Notes: generated by a model not told the origin, from the letters alone. A stretch of 64,000 nt of DNA from Candidatus Aenigmatarchaeota archaeon (GCA_023134135.1 JAGLVB010000005.1:19715-83714), one strand, 5' to 3'; counted from the stretch's first letter, positions 54,608 through 63,223 are shown. Made by a program: numbers and translations.

Positions 54608-55159
54608 CTAGGGGCATTCTACAGGACAATTAATAGCATCTTCTCCAATCGCGGAATCGCAATATCCATTGCCGCAACAATAAGTTATATTGCAATCCAA
54701 AGCACAACCTTCGGAACATTCTTTTGGGTCGCAATTAGCGTCCCCGCAAAAATTGACATAGCCCACAACAAATATATCCCCTGACTCGCAGTCACCTATT
54801 ATTTTTATCTCTGAATCATCAGGCGGCTTCACAGCCAACTCAAAAGTAACAGTTTCCCCAATATCCAACACATTATCCCCGGAATAAGTATAAACTAAAT
54901 GGTTGCCTGAAACATATATAAGAAAATTATCCAGATTTAATTCAGTGCCTCCGGTATTCACAATAGTTATATTTCTTGAAACAACTTCCGAAATCATAAA
55001 ATTTGACATCTGATTGCAATATTTAATTCTTTCTTCCTGTTCCAAACTCTCGCCTGTTTTATATAAAGTGGTCTGGTAAAAAACCAAAGTCAATGAAAGA
55101 ATAACAATCACAATACTTATCAAATAAATTTCTCCAATTATAACATTAACGCCCCTCAT
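54608..55159 (-). CDS. Pilin-like protein with C-terminal cysteine-rich module
   Basis: MRGVNVIIGEIYLISIVIVILSL N-terminus. The C-terminal 48 aa hold 12 Cys, including CGNGYCDSAIGEDAINCPVEC. Confidence 0.55.
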   Translation of the reverse strand: MRGVNVIIGEIYLISIVIVILSLTLVFYQTTLYKTGESLEQEERIKYCNQMSNFMISEVVSRNITIVNTGGTELNLDNFLIYVSGNHLVYTYSGDNVLDIGETVTFELAVKPPDDSEIKIIGDCESGDIFVVGYVNFCGDANCDPKECSEGCALDCNITYCCGNGYCDSAIGEDAINCPVECP

Positions 55160-55207
55160 TATTTAATCTGTATTATGTTATACAAATCATTAAACATAGT
55201 TCCAGAA

Positions 55208-56431
55208 TCATTTAATATACTTCTCGAATAAATTAAGCCAGTCAAGCAATAATCTGGTAATTAGGAAATTATCCTTTATATGCAGATAACCTTTAGACCC
55301 AAATTCTATTCTTAATGAATCATCTTTCAACAATTTTATCACACTCTCGCCAAAACCTTTTATATCATCAGGTTCATGGAGATACCCATTTTCTGAATCA
55401 ATTACCTGTAAAGGAATTCCACCTACCTTTGAGGCTACAACAGGAGTTCCTTTGAATAAAGCCTCTGACACAGTTAACCCAAATCCTTCTTTTATTGATT
55501 TCTGGATTACAACTGAAGAAGCTCTTTGCAGAGCATTAACAAGAGCCTCATTTTCAACAAGAATCACTTTAATGTCCCTCTTATACTTGCTTTTTTCCGC
55601 CTTTTTCTCAACCTTTTTAAATAAACTCTGCCCTTCAGGATCATCTGAAGCAAGAGAACCCAGCAGAACCAATTGACAGTTTACTCTTTTCCTCACATAT
55701 TCAAATATCTTAATAACTCCGATTGGATCTTTCCATTTATCAAACCTTGACACCTGAGAGATAATTGGTTTGTTGTCATAAATTCCATATTTCCCTAAAA
55801 TTCTATCAACCGCTTTCTCTGATAAAAATCTGTTTTTTTGCGACAAAGGGTCTATTGCAGGATAAATAATATTCTGCGGTATTGATAAATTTTTCCTGTA
55901 TTCTTCCTTTGAAATAACCACACTGTCATATTTTTCAATAAAGGGTTTCAGATAATTCCACACTTTTAGATTTGGATGGGATATGTCAATGTGAAGCCTG
56001 AATATCCAGGGTTGCTTCTTTTTGTAAAAATTAATCAAAGGCAATGGTTGCGGGTCATGAACAATAACCAAATCATGATGGGTATGCTGATTGCATAAAT
56101 GGGTGAATGTGGAAAATCTCCTGTTTGTCTCGCAATATAGATCTTTCTTTCTGTCGGATAAATTTATTTTTTCTCCCTGCAAAGCATTATGAAATTTTTT
56201 GGTAATTCCAAAAAAATCCGGAGTGCCATGCAAAATTCTCCACCCAAAATCTATTCCAACTTCATCAAATAAAAATACAAGATTATTCAAAAGATCTGCG
56301 ACACCTCCGCCCTGATAAGTTGAACTGATACAAACAATATGTTTATCTGAAAACTTTTCCGCCTTTGAATAAATTTCATCCATCACTGCCTTACCAACAA
56401 TATTTCGATAATCTTTCAAATTCCTAACCAT
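55208..56431 (-). CDS. GT4 glycosyltransferase, trehalose synthase (TreT)-like
   Basis: N-terminal STYQGGGVADLLNNLV...GWRILHGTPDFFGITKKFHNALQG resembles TreT-type enzymes, from memory. C-terminal GT4 motif EGFGLTVSEALFKG. Confidence 0.6.
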   Translation of the reverse strand: MVRNLKDYRNIVGKAVMDEIYSKAEKFSDKHIVCISSTYQGGGVADLLNNLVFLFDEVGIDFGWRILHGTPDFFGITKKFHNALQGEKINLSDRKKDLYCETNRRFSTFTHLCNQHTHHDLVIVHDPQPLPLINFYKKKQPWIFRLHIDISHPNLKVWNYLKPFIEKYDSVVISKEEYRKNLSIPQNIIYPAIDPLSQKNRFLSEKAVDRILGKYGIYDNKPIISQVSRFDKWKDPIGVIKIFEYVRKRVNCQLVLLGSLASDDPEGQSLFKKVEKKAEKSKYKRDIKVILVENEALVNALQRASSVVIQKSIKEGFGLTVSEALFKGTPVVASKVGGIPLQVIDSENGYLHEPDDIKGFGESVIKLLKDDSLRIEFGSKGYLHIKDNFLITRLLLDWLNLFEKYIK

Positions 56432-56482
56432 CTATTATAATAGTTATTTTTATATAATAAATTCTTTGATTTTTATTTAATT

Positions 56483-56547
56483 GGTTAATTATTCTGAAAA
56501 ATCACGGGTAAATATTCTCAGAATTATGGTTAAATATTTTTAGAATT
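56483..56547. promoter_or_regulatory. Three direct repeats GGT(T)AA(A/T)TATT(C/T)T..AGAA(T/A)T spaced 21-24 bp
   Basis: Copies start at 56483, 56507 and 56528, 50-115 nt upstream of the TreT-like start (56431, minus strand). Confidence 0.4.
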
Positions 56548-56569
56548 TCAACTAAGTAATTTCATAAGT

Positions 56570-57634
56570 TTAACTAAGAGTTCTCAGAATTTCACCAAAT
56601 TCCTTGTTGGTTCTTATCCCTGTGTCTAAAAAATGCGTTTTGCATCCCTCTAATTTTTCAAGCAAATATTTTTTCTTTTTTATCTGTTTCCCATTCCATT
56701 TGCAAATTTTGTGAATATCATAATACAGGAAATAATCCTGCTCAGCTCTTATTTGATTTATAAATTCCAAGAGATAACCAAATTTTTTATTTGATTCTTC
56801 TTCCAGTTTTACGCAGAATTCAGGGGAAGCAAAATTTCCTGTAAAGATTTTGCCAATTACATTCAACCTATTCCCGCAATTATCGCACTTATCATTCCAA
56901 CCTGTTTTGCGAAAACCGCATTTCTGACAGTAAGAAAGATAATCAAATTGTTCAAGCAATGAATCCGTCCTTTTGCAACCGCGGGTTACTCTCCCAAAAA
57001 TCCTGAAATAATGCCTCCGGCAATAAGAAAAAATTGGAGTGAAAGCCATATCATATCTTGAAAAAATCTTCATTGCAGAAGAGATAAATATTCTAAGACC
57101 TAACTCTTTATAAAAATCAGTCTTCAAACTTCTTATCCCATATCTCCTTAAGCAAGTCAGTGGCGAAGTGCCGCATAGAGGGGCTGTGTCTGTTGCGGTT
57201 AAAGCAACAATTCCTTTGTTCCTAATTGATTTCGCGGCAGAGTCAAGAAAGTAAATTGATGAGCCAAATGGGTCAAGGTCAATAAAATCAAATAAGTTTT
57301 CGAGCAACAATTTGTTTGCATCTTTATTTTCTATTCTTACTTCAAGTTCATTGAGTTCTGCGTTTTTCTTCATAACCTTTGCGGTGTTTGGATTCTGGTC
57401 ATTCAAAACAACTTCCGAATCTTTCAGCACGGATTTATATCTCAATCCCCTCGCTCCTGAAGCAGCAAGGCAGTCGCATATTTTTTTTGGTTTCAGGACT
57501 GAAATTATGAGTTCAGAAAGATCTCGGTCAAATTTCATCTCCGGATTATAGAAAACACTCATCTTTTTTGTTAATTCTTCATCAACAGGAACTTTGAGTT
57601 TTATATCTCCCTCCTTGACTGTCTTGAGTTTCAT
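56570..57634 (-). CDS. trm1: tRNA (guanine26-N2)-dimethyltransferase Trm1
   Basis: VFYNPEMKFDRDLS, DPFGS, and the C-terminal CQKCG...CDNCG zinc motif. Confidence 0.85.
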   Translation of the reverse strand: MKLKTVKEGDIKLKVPVDEELTKKMSVFYNPEMKFDRDLSELIISVLKPKKICDCLAASGARGLRYKSVLKDSEVVLNDQNPNTAKVMKKNAELNELEVRIENKDANKLLLENLFDFIDLDPFGSSIYFLDSAAKSIRNKGIVALTATDTAPLCGTSPLTCLRRYGIRSLKTDFYKELGLRIFISSAMKIFSRYDMAFTPIFSYCRRHYFRIFGRVTRGCKRTDSLLEQFDYLSYCQKCGFRKTGWNDKCDNCGNRLNVIGKIFTGNFASPEFCVKLEEESNKKFGYLLEFINQIRAEQDYFLYYDIHKICKWNGKQIKKKKYLLEKLEGCKTHFLDTGIRTNKEFGEILRTLS

Positions 57635-57729
57635 AAATTATTAATATTCAATTTTCTTATCATGCACACTATATTGATTTTATCTCCTTTTCGGGTTCCT
57701 TAATAAAAATATCCATATAATTCTTCTCA

Positions 57730-58482
57730 TTATTTTTCTTTGAAATATTCTAAATTTTTCCTTATTTTAAGAACAAGTTTTATGAATTTCTCAGAATCCA
57801 AGAGTTTTAAATTTCTTTCTTCAGGCAAATCAATTTTTAAAATCTTCTTTATTTTTCCAGGTCTTTTTGTCAATATTGCGACTTTGTTGGAAAGAAAAAC
57901 CGCTTCCGAAACATTATGAGTAACAAAAATTACTGTTTTTTTTGTTTTTCTCCAGATTCTGTTTAATTCTGTATTCAGTTTTAGCCTTGTTGGTTCATCC
58001 AAAGCCCCAAAAGGTTCATCCATTAACAAAACTTCCGGCTCGCAGATTAATGCTCTTGCAATCGCCACTCTCTGCTTCATCCCCCCGCTTAAATCCTTTG
58101 GATAAACATTTTCAAATTCTTTCAGGTCAATTAGTTTTAAAAGTTTTTTTGCTTTTTTATATGATTCTTCCTTTGCAACTCCTTTAATTTCCAAAGGTAA
58201 AATAACATTATCAATAACATTTCTCCATTCCAATAAATTATGTTCCTGAAAAACATAACCAACTTCAAAATCTTCGGGTTTTAGTATTTCTCCATTTGTT
58301 GAATTTATTAGTCCTGCGATAATTTTCAGGATAGTTGTCTTCCCGCAACCGCTTGGTCCAACAATTGAAAAAAAGTCCCCGCTCTCAACTTTAAATGAAA
58401 CTCCATCCAGAGCCTTAACTTCCTTTTCCTTCGAGGTATACGTTACCCCTATATCCTTAACTTCTAACAACATCTTTTTCAC
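57730..58482 (-). CDS. ABC transporter ATP-binding protein (NitT/TauT family)
   Basis: GPSGCGKTT Walker A, LSGGMKQRVAIARAL signature, LLMDEPFGALD Walker B. Confidence 0.9.
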   Translation of the reverse strand: MKKMLLEVKDIGVTYTSKEKEVKALDGVSFKVESGDFFSIVGPSGCGKTTILKIIAGLINSTNGEILKPEDFEVGYVFQEHNLLEWRNVIDNVILPLEIKGVAKEESYKKAKKLLKLIDLKEFENVYPKDLSGGMKQRVAIARALICEPEVLLMDEPFGALDEPTRLKLNTELNRIWRKTKKTVIFVTHNVSEAVFLSNKVAILTKRPGKIKKILKIDLPEERNLKLLDSEKFIKLVLKIRKNLEYFKEK

Positions 58483-59236
58483 CTTTATTTTTATACCATG
58501 GAATCATCAAACTTTCCAAAACATCAATAATTAAATAGAGAACAATACCTAAAACAGTTAATTGTAGGATTGCCACGAAAACCTGCGGTGTATTCATTAA
58601 ACCCGCAGCATAAATCGTCAAATAACCCAATCCTGAATTTGCTCCGATGAATTCACCCACAACCGCCCCGATAACCGCTAAAGTTATTCCTGTTTTGAAA
58701 GCGGCAAATAAGACCGGCAAAGCCGCAGGAAGTTCAACAAATCTGAAAATCTGCAACCTGGTTGCCTTGCAAATTTTCATTAAATCCAGCAGGTTTTTAT
58801 CAACACTCCTTATCCCAACAATTGTATTTACCAATATTGGGAAGAAGACAATCAATGCAACAATAACAATCTTTGACAAAGGACCAAAACCAAACCAGAT
58901 TACAATTAATGGAGCCAAAGCGATTTTAGGGGCTGTCTGGAGAGCAACCAAATAAGGAGACAGGGTTTGCTCCACCTGTTTTGATTTTGCAATAAAATAA
59001 CCCGGGATTAATCCAAGCAAAACGCCAATTATAAACCCTGCGATAGTTTCGTACAAAGTAACTAAAGTGTGATTTAATAATAAACCGCTTTTAAGCAAAA
59101 AATACCACTCAATAAAAACAGTTTCCGGTTGGGGCAGGATAAATTCAGGGAATTTAAAAATGAAAATTACAGACTTCCAGAGAAGGACAAATAAAATAAA
59201 AACCAAAATCTGCTGGAAGATTATTTTTCTGTTCAT
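58457..59236 (-). CDS. ABC transporter permease (NitT/TauT family)
   Basis: Six TM segments and an EAA-like loop (KICKATRLQIFRFVELPAALP). Confidence 0.85.
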   Translation of the reverse strand: MNRKIIFQQILVFILFVLLWKSVIFIFKFPEFILPQPETVFIEWYFLLKSGLLLNHTLVTLYETIAGFIIGVLLGLIPGYFIAKSKQVEQTLSPYLVALQTAPKIALAPLIVIWFGFGPLSKIVIVALIVFFPILVNTIVGIRSVDKNLLDLMKICKATRLQIFRFVELPAALPVLFAAFKTGITLAVIGAVVGEFIGANSGLGYLTIYAAGLMNTPQVFVAILQLTVLGIVLYLIIDVLESLMIPWYKNKGEKDVVRS

Positions 59237-59319
59237 AATAAATTACCAATTCTATATTCATCAATTATCATTGTGCATTTTTCTGGTCAATATATAAAAA
59301 GAAAATAAAAAATTTAGAA

Positions 59320-60333
59320 TCATTTTGGAACAAATTCGTCTGTATACATTTCTGAGATTGGGGTTTTCTTGGTTATTACTCCTAAATCGAATAGTGTGTC
59401 TTGTGTCATTGTCCATTGGTTTTTATTGAATTGACCTAATGAATATATCTTTGGTTGAATAGAATCCTTTGCAAATAGTTTCCAAATAGCTAATGATATA
59501 TCTCTCTTTTTTGCTGCTTCTGGATTTAACTTTATATAAATATCGATTGCTTTCTCTGGATTATCAACAGCATATCTTAATCCTCTATCAGTTGCCCGCA
59601 CAAATTTCCTGATTAATTCCGGATTGTTTTTCAGTGTTTTTTCGTTGGTTATTACAACATTAGAGACTAAATCTGCATTGTAATTCTTTGCATACATAAT
59701 ATTGCTTTCTATTTTCATATTATCAAGTATACTCTTTTCGGTTATATGCCCTCCTATTGCATCAGCTTTGTTTTCCAATAATGTAGGTATGATTCCAGCA
59801 CCTACGGGAACAAAAGTTACACTATCTAAGTCCACACCAGATTTATATAAAATAGCTTTAGCAGATAAATAAGGTGGACTGCCAATTCCGGGCACTGCAA
59901 TTTTTTTCCCAGTCAAATCTTTTGGTTCAGTAATCCCAGAACCTTTCTTTGCCAAAATATTGAACATATTTGTATGTTCAATCTGATATACTGCGATTAT
60001 AGGAATATCTTTAGATTTAGCTGTAATTATTGAACAACCAGATGCATATCCAAGTTGAATATTGTTTGTGCCAACTTGTTCTATTGGTCCCATTGATCCT
60101 TTTGGACTATAAGTCATTTCGACATTTAATCCTTCATCTGCATAATATCCTTGATCTATTGCGCAGTAAAACGGTGTCCATATTGGTATTGCAATGAAAG
60201 GCATCATCACTGTAACATCTTCCGTCTCCGAAGTTGTTGTATTTCCGCCATAGAAACCAATTCCTATCACGGCAATTATTAGAACCGCTAAACTGATTGC
60301 TCCGTACATCAATGTATTGTTTTTCTTTGCCAT
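59320..60333 (-). CDS. ABC transporter substrate-binding protein (NMT1/THI5-like), paralogue 1
   Basis: N-terminal anchor MAKKNNTLMYGAISLAVLIIAV and an SsuA/THI5-like body. Upstream of the permease and ATPase genes. Confidence 0.7.
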   Translation of the reverse strand: MAKKNNTLMYGAISLAVLIIAVIGIGFYGGNTTTSETEDVTVMMPFIAIPIWTPFYCAIDQGYYADEGLNVEMTYSPKGSMGPIEQVGTNNIQLGYASGCSIITAKSKDIPIIAVYQIEHTNMFNILAKKGSGITEPKDLTGKKIAVPGIGSPPYLSAKAILYKSGVDLDSVTFVPVGAGIIPTLLENKADAIGGHITEKSILDNMKIESNIMYAKNYNADLVSNVVITNEKTLKNNPELIRKFVRATDRGLRYAVDNPEKAIDIYIKLNPEAAKKRDISLAIWKLFAKDSIQPKIYSLGQFNKNQWTMTQDTLFDLGVITKKTPISEMYTDEFVPK

Positions 60334-60366
60334 ATTAATATTTGAATTTAATGGTTATATAACCGT

Positions 60367-60386
60367 GTGGTGAGGGAGACCACCAC
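60367..60386. promoter_or_regulatory. Palindrome GTGGTG-N8-CACCAC immediately upstream of the TATA-like box of binding-protein gene 1
   Basis: The minus strand reads ...GTGGTGGTCTCCCTCACCAC-ACGG-TTATATAA-(23 nt)-ATG. Confidence 0.5.
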
Positions 60387-60487
60387 AGAAATACCTATAA
60401 CAATATTTTTATTTAAATGGAGTTAAACTTTTACCCTGCTAAAATTTAATTGAGGATTCATTGAAGTTCTAAATTTATTCTCAAATA

Positions 60488-60507
60488 CCCCATCCTTTAG
60501 GTTGGGG
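60488..60507. repeat. GC-rich hairpin CCCCATCC-TTTA-GGTTGGGG preceded by AAATA
   Basis: 8-position stem with one T:T mismatch. Related copy at 60614-60633. Confidence 0.6.
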
Positions 60508-60613
60508 ATTGAAATCCACTAAAAACAAAAATACTAATGGTTAAGAAAGCGAATCACTGCGTATGATGGATATGTAAAGAGGGTGGTTAAATATTTTGAC
60601 TAATTTTTAAATA

Positions 60614-60633
60614 CCCCGTCCTTCAGGTCGGGG
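60614..60633. repeat. GC-rich hairpin CCCCGTCC-TTCA-GGTCGGGG preceded by AAATA
   Basis: Same architecture as 60488-60507, with a compensatory A:T to G:C change at stem position 5. Confidence 0.6.
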
Positions 60634-60655
60634 AACTTTATTGTTTTAAGTCAAT

Positions 60656-60677
60656 ATATACCTATTCTTAGGTATAT
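60656..60677. promoter_or_regulatory. Palindrome ATATACCT-N6-AGGTATAT
   Basis: Same dyad as the two copies at 62902-62944. Lies 31 nt downstream of the stop of binding-protein gene 2. Confidence 0.5.
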
Positions 60678-60708
60678 TGGAAAATTTAGATAAAAACTAA
60701 AAAATGGA

Positions 60709-61731
60709 TTATTTTGGAACAAATTCGTCTGTGTAAAACTGGTTCACATCTGTTTTCCTATCTATTGCGCCAGCATCAAACATCTGGTCTTGCTTCTCTG
60801 CCCACTTATCTTCTGAAGGTAAATGAAAGATTGGCTTTCCGTTTGCATCTTTGTCAAACCCTCTTTCAACCATTGATTTCCAGATTGCTAAATGCAAACC
60901 TCTTTTTTCAGCTGCTTCGGGATTGTATTTGATATAAGCATCAGTAGCTTCTTCGGGATGTTCCACAGAATATTCCAAGCCTTTTTGAGTTGCTCTTACA
61001 AATTTTTTAACTAGGTCTGGATGTTCATTAATTATTACATCGCTCGTAAAAAGATAAGTCCTTCCTATAGTTGTATAATCACTGGCACTTATCTCATTCA
61101 TTTTTCCACCGCTAATAGCTTCTGCTACAATTTTTTGAGGTAAATAAGCTGCAAAAGCATCAGCATTTCCAGATAAATGCGTTGAAATTACAGCTCCGCC
61201 AACATATAAAGGCTCTATCTGATTAAAATCTTTACCTGACTGCGTAAGCATTATTTTTGTTGCTGTAGCAATCGTTACTGTAGGACCAGGAAATGCAATT
61301 TTTTTGCCTATTAAATCATCGGGTTTGGTAATACCTAATTCTTTTTTTGAGTAGATTCCAAATAAATTTTTCTGAATAATTCTCTGAATATTTACTATTG
61401 ACATATCTTGTAATCTACCCACAAGTGCTTCGGTATCACCTGAATATCCAAATTCAACATTGCCTATAGCGATTTGTTTTGTCACGCCAACACCACCTTC
61501 CGTGCTATACTGAAAATTCACATCCAAACCCTCTTCATCATAATAGCCATTCGCAGCAGCAGCATAAAAAGGCGCATAGCCAACATTCGGCGTGAAACCG
61601 AACATCAAAGTAACTTTCTCTGTTTCTGAAGTCTCTGTATCTCCGCCATAGAAACCAATTCCTATCACGGCAATTATTAGAACCGCTAAACTGATTGCTC
61701 CGTACATCAATGTATTGTTTTTCTTTACCAT
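60709..61731 (-). CDS. ABC transporter substrate-binding protein (NMT1/THI5-like), paralogue 2
   Basis: Start set at MVKKNNTLMYGAISLAVLIIAV, matching paralogue 1. The track ORF extends to 61812. The C-terminus YTDEFVPK is shared. Confidence 0.7.
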   Translation of the reverse strand: MVKKNNTLMYGAISLAVLIIAVIGIGFYGGDTETSETEKVTLMFGFTPNVGYAPFYAAAANGYYDEEGLDVNFQYSTEGGVGVTKQIAIGNVEFGYSGDTEALVGRLQDMSIVNIQRIIQKNLFGIYSKKELGITKPDDLIGKKIAFPGPTVTIATATKIMLTQSGKDFNQIEPLYVGGAVISTHLSGNADAFAAYLPQKIVAEAISGGKMNEISASDYTTIGRTYLFTSDVIINEHPDLVKKFVRATQKGLEYSVEHPEEATDAYIKYNPEAAEKRGLHLAIWKSMVERGFDKDANGKPIFHLPSEDKWAEKQDQMFDAGAIDRKTDVNQFYTDEFVPK

Positions 61732-61763
61732 ATTAACATTTGAATTTAGGGTATATATAACTG

Positions 61764-61785
61764 TGTGGTGGGGGAGACCACCACA
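61764..61785. promoter_or_regulatory. Equivalent palindrome TGTGGTGG-N6-CCACCACA upstream of binding-protein gene 2
   Basis: Same position relative to TATATATA and the ATG at 61731. Confidence 0.5.
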
Positions 61786-61792
61786 GTTTTGT

Positions 61793-62389
61793 TTAAATAT
61801 TTCCAAATACAATCAATCTTTCTTTTGGATTATTGACAATGGAATTTATAAAAGGCTCTTTTTTTCTTAAATTCTCCTCAAACTTTTTTTCATTAAAAAC
61901 CACTCCATCTATTTGCAGATTTAAAATAATAGATATTTCTCTGCAAAACTTTGAAATTAATTTTTTATTTGAGGTAACAAATAAAACATCCAAATCTGAC
62001 TTTTGGTTTGCTGAACCCCTTGCATAGCTTCCAAATACGAAAATATATTTGCATGAAGAAACTATTTCTTTGTTATTCCTTACAAGAGTTATAAAATTTC
62101 TGCATTTTTCATATTTTGCTGCTCTTTTTTCAAGATAGAGCTCATTTAGAACTGGGATAAGCAAATTATATTCATATCCAGAAATAAATGAATAATAAAC
62201 TTCTTTTCCTTTTCTTTCTTTTTTTAGAATCTTACAATTTACAAGGGATGTCAGGATTTTTGAACACAGGGATAAACTCATATTTAATTCTCTTACTAAT
62301 TTATGCAAATAACAATTTTCAGAAGAATAAATCTCAAACAAAATTTCTAATTTTCTTTTTGTTAACGGCAATAATTTTGTAACATTCAT
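61793..62389 (-). CDS. Winged-helix + minimal nucleotidyltransferase (MNT) protein
   Basis: N-terminal HTH-like segment (RKLEILFEIY...KILKKERKGKEVYY), then FVFGSYARGSANQKSDLDVLFV, the NTase motif. Confidence 0.7.
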   Translation of the reverse strand: MNVTKLLPLTKRKLEILFEIYSSENCYLHKLVRELNMSLSLCSKILTSLVNCKILKKERKGKEVYYSFISGYEYNLLIPVLNELYLEKRAAKYEKCRNFITLVRNNKEIVSSCKYIFVFGSYARGSANQKSDLDVLFVTSNKKLISKFCREISIILNLQIDGVVFNEKKFEENLRKKEPFINSIVNNPKERLIVFGNI

Positions 62390-62877
62390 AATAATCCCAC
62401 CATCTCATTCATCAAATTTCTAACTCTTTCTAAAATCCGTTCTGCCTGTTGTTTTGTAATTGTCTTCCAGGATATGGGTTGGTAAAGAGCTTTGTTTCTT
62501 TCCAATCTTATCCCATCAATTTCATTTAAATTTTTAAGACCGTTTATAGTCTTATCCAGTTCTTTTGCGAATTGAGCGGAAATTACTTTCTCTTTAAGTA
62601 ATGCTGTAAGCAAGCATTTGTGGTTCTTTGAATAATAACCGCAGTATTTTACAAGTAAAGCATTTGTTGCAAAAAATAAAACCTGATAACTTTTGATTAC
62701 AGACCAATAAAAATACCCATTTTCCAAATCAGAGAAAGCAGAACCAAGGTCTTTTTGCGCTCTTATTAAGTATTCTTTGAATGATTCTTTATCAATTGGT
62801 ATATATGCTTTAACTCGCTCACAATCCCTAAAATCATTTTCAATTGCTTTTTCATTTTTTGGAATATTGCTATTCAT
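62386..62877 (-). CDS. HEPN domain protein (partner of MNT)
   Basis: 163-aa helical protein overlapping the MNT gene by 4 nt. HEPN-like layout (YWSVIKSYQVLFFATNALL...NHKCL...RLERNKALY). Confidence 0.6.
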   Translation of the reverse strand: MNSNIPKNEKAIENDFRDCERVKAYIPIDKESFKEYLIRAQKDLGSAFSDLENGYFYWSVIKSYQVLFFATNALLVKYCGYYSKNHKCLLTALLKEKVISAQFAKELDKTINGLKNLNEIDGIRLERNKALYQPISWKTITKQQAERILERVRNLMNEMVGLL

Positions 62878-62901
62878 ATTACTATTTACTATTTTAGATA
62901 G

Positions 62902-62944
62902 ATATACCTGTTTTTAGGTATATATGTACCTATTTTTAGGTATA
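62902..62944. promoter_or_regulatory. Two adjacent palindromes ATATACCT-N6-AGGTATAT and (G)TACCT-N6-AGGTA
   Basis: Located 25-67 nt upstream of the HEPN start codon (62877, minus strand), overlapping the likely TATA region. Confidence 0.55.
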
Positions 62945-62952
62945 GTGAAGTA

Positions 62953-62973
62953 CCCTGTGCCAAGAGCACAGGG
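62953..62973. repeat. GC-rich hairpin CCCTGTGC-CAAGA-GCACAGGG preceded by GTA
   Basis: Perfect 8-bp stem. Same general style as the 60488 and 60614 hairpins. Confidence 0.55.
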
Positions 62974-63223
62974 CGTCCTAATAATTAAATCTCAAATAAT
63001 TTCATTTGTTTTATAATTTCTTTTCTTCCTTACCTTATTATATATTCTTCGATTACTTTTTTATTCCCTCATCCATATGCCATAACCTGTTTTTTTCTTC
63101 CATACAAAATCACTCTCTCTAATTCCTTCAAATCACGCACCTCAATTCTCGGAATCCTCATGCCCATTTTTTTATCTTGTTTTTAAACTATAAATAATGC
63201 GAGAAGAAGACCCCACAAGATAA

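Noticed and set aside
60500-60518. CRISPR-repeat-like ending GGGGATTGAAATCC
   Set aside because: There is only a single occurrence. No regularly spaced repeats or spacers are present, and no cas genes are in the window.
60334-60708. TPP riboswitch upstream of the THI5-like binding-protein gene
   Set aside because: Neither strand carries the conserved CUGAGA and ACCUGAUCUGGAUAAUGCCAGCG-like elements. The start codon also lies about 23 nt from the TATA-like box, which leaves no leader.
61732-61812. N-terminal extensions of several track ORFs (61812, 36033, 45154, 52428, 30288, 11304, 43086)
   Set aside because: The extensions overlap neighbouring genes or the tRNA. They precede internal Met codons that align with paralogues or with canonical family N-termini, so the shorter starts were preferred.
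63069-63167. 32-codon minus-strand ORF MGMRIPRIEVRDLKELERVILYGRKKQVMAYG
   Set aside because: It vaguely resembles the region just before a P-loop of archaeal ATPases, so it may be a gene remnant. It is too short and too weak to call.
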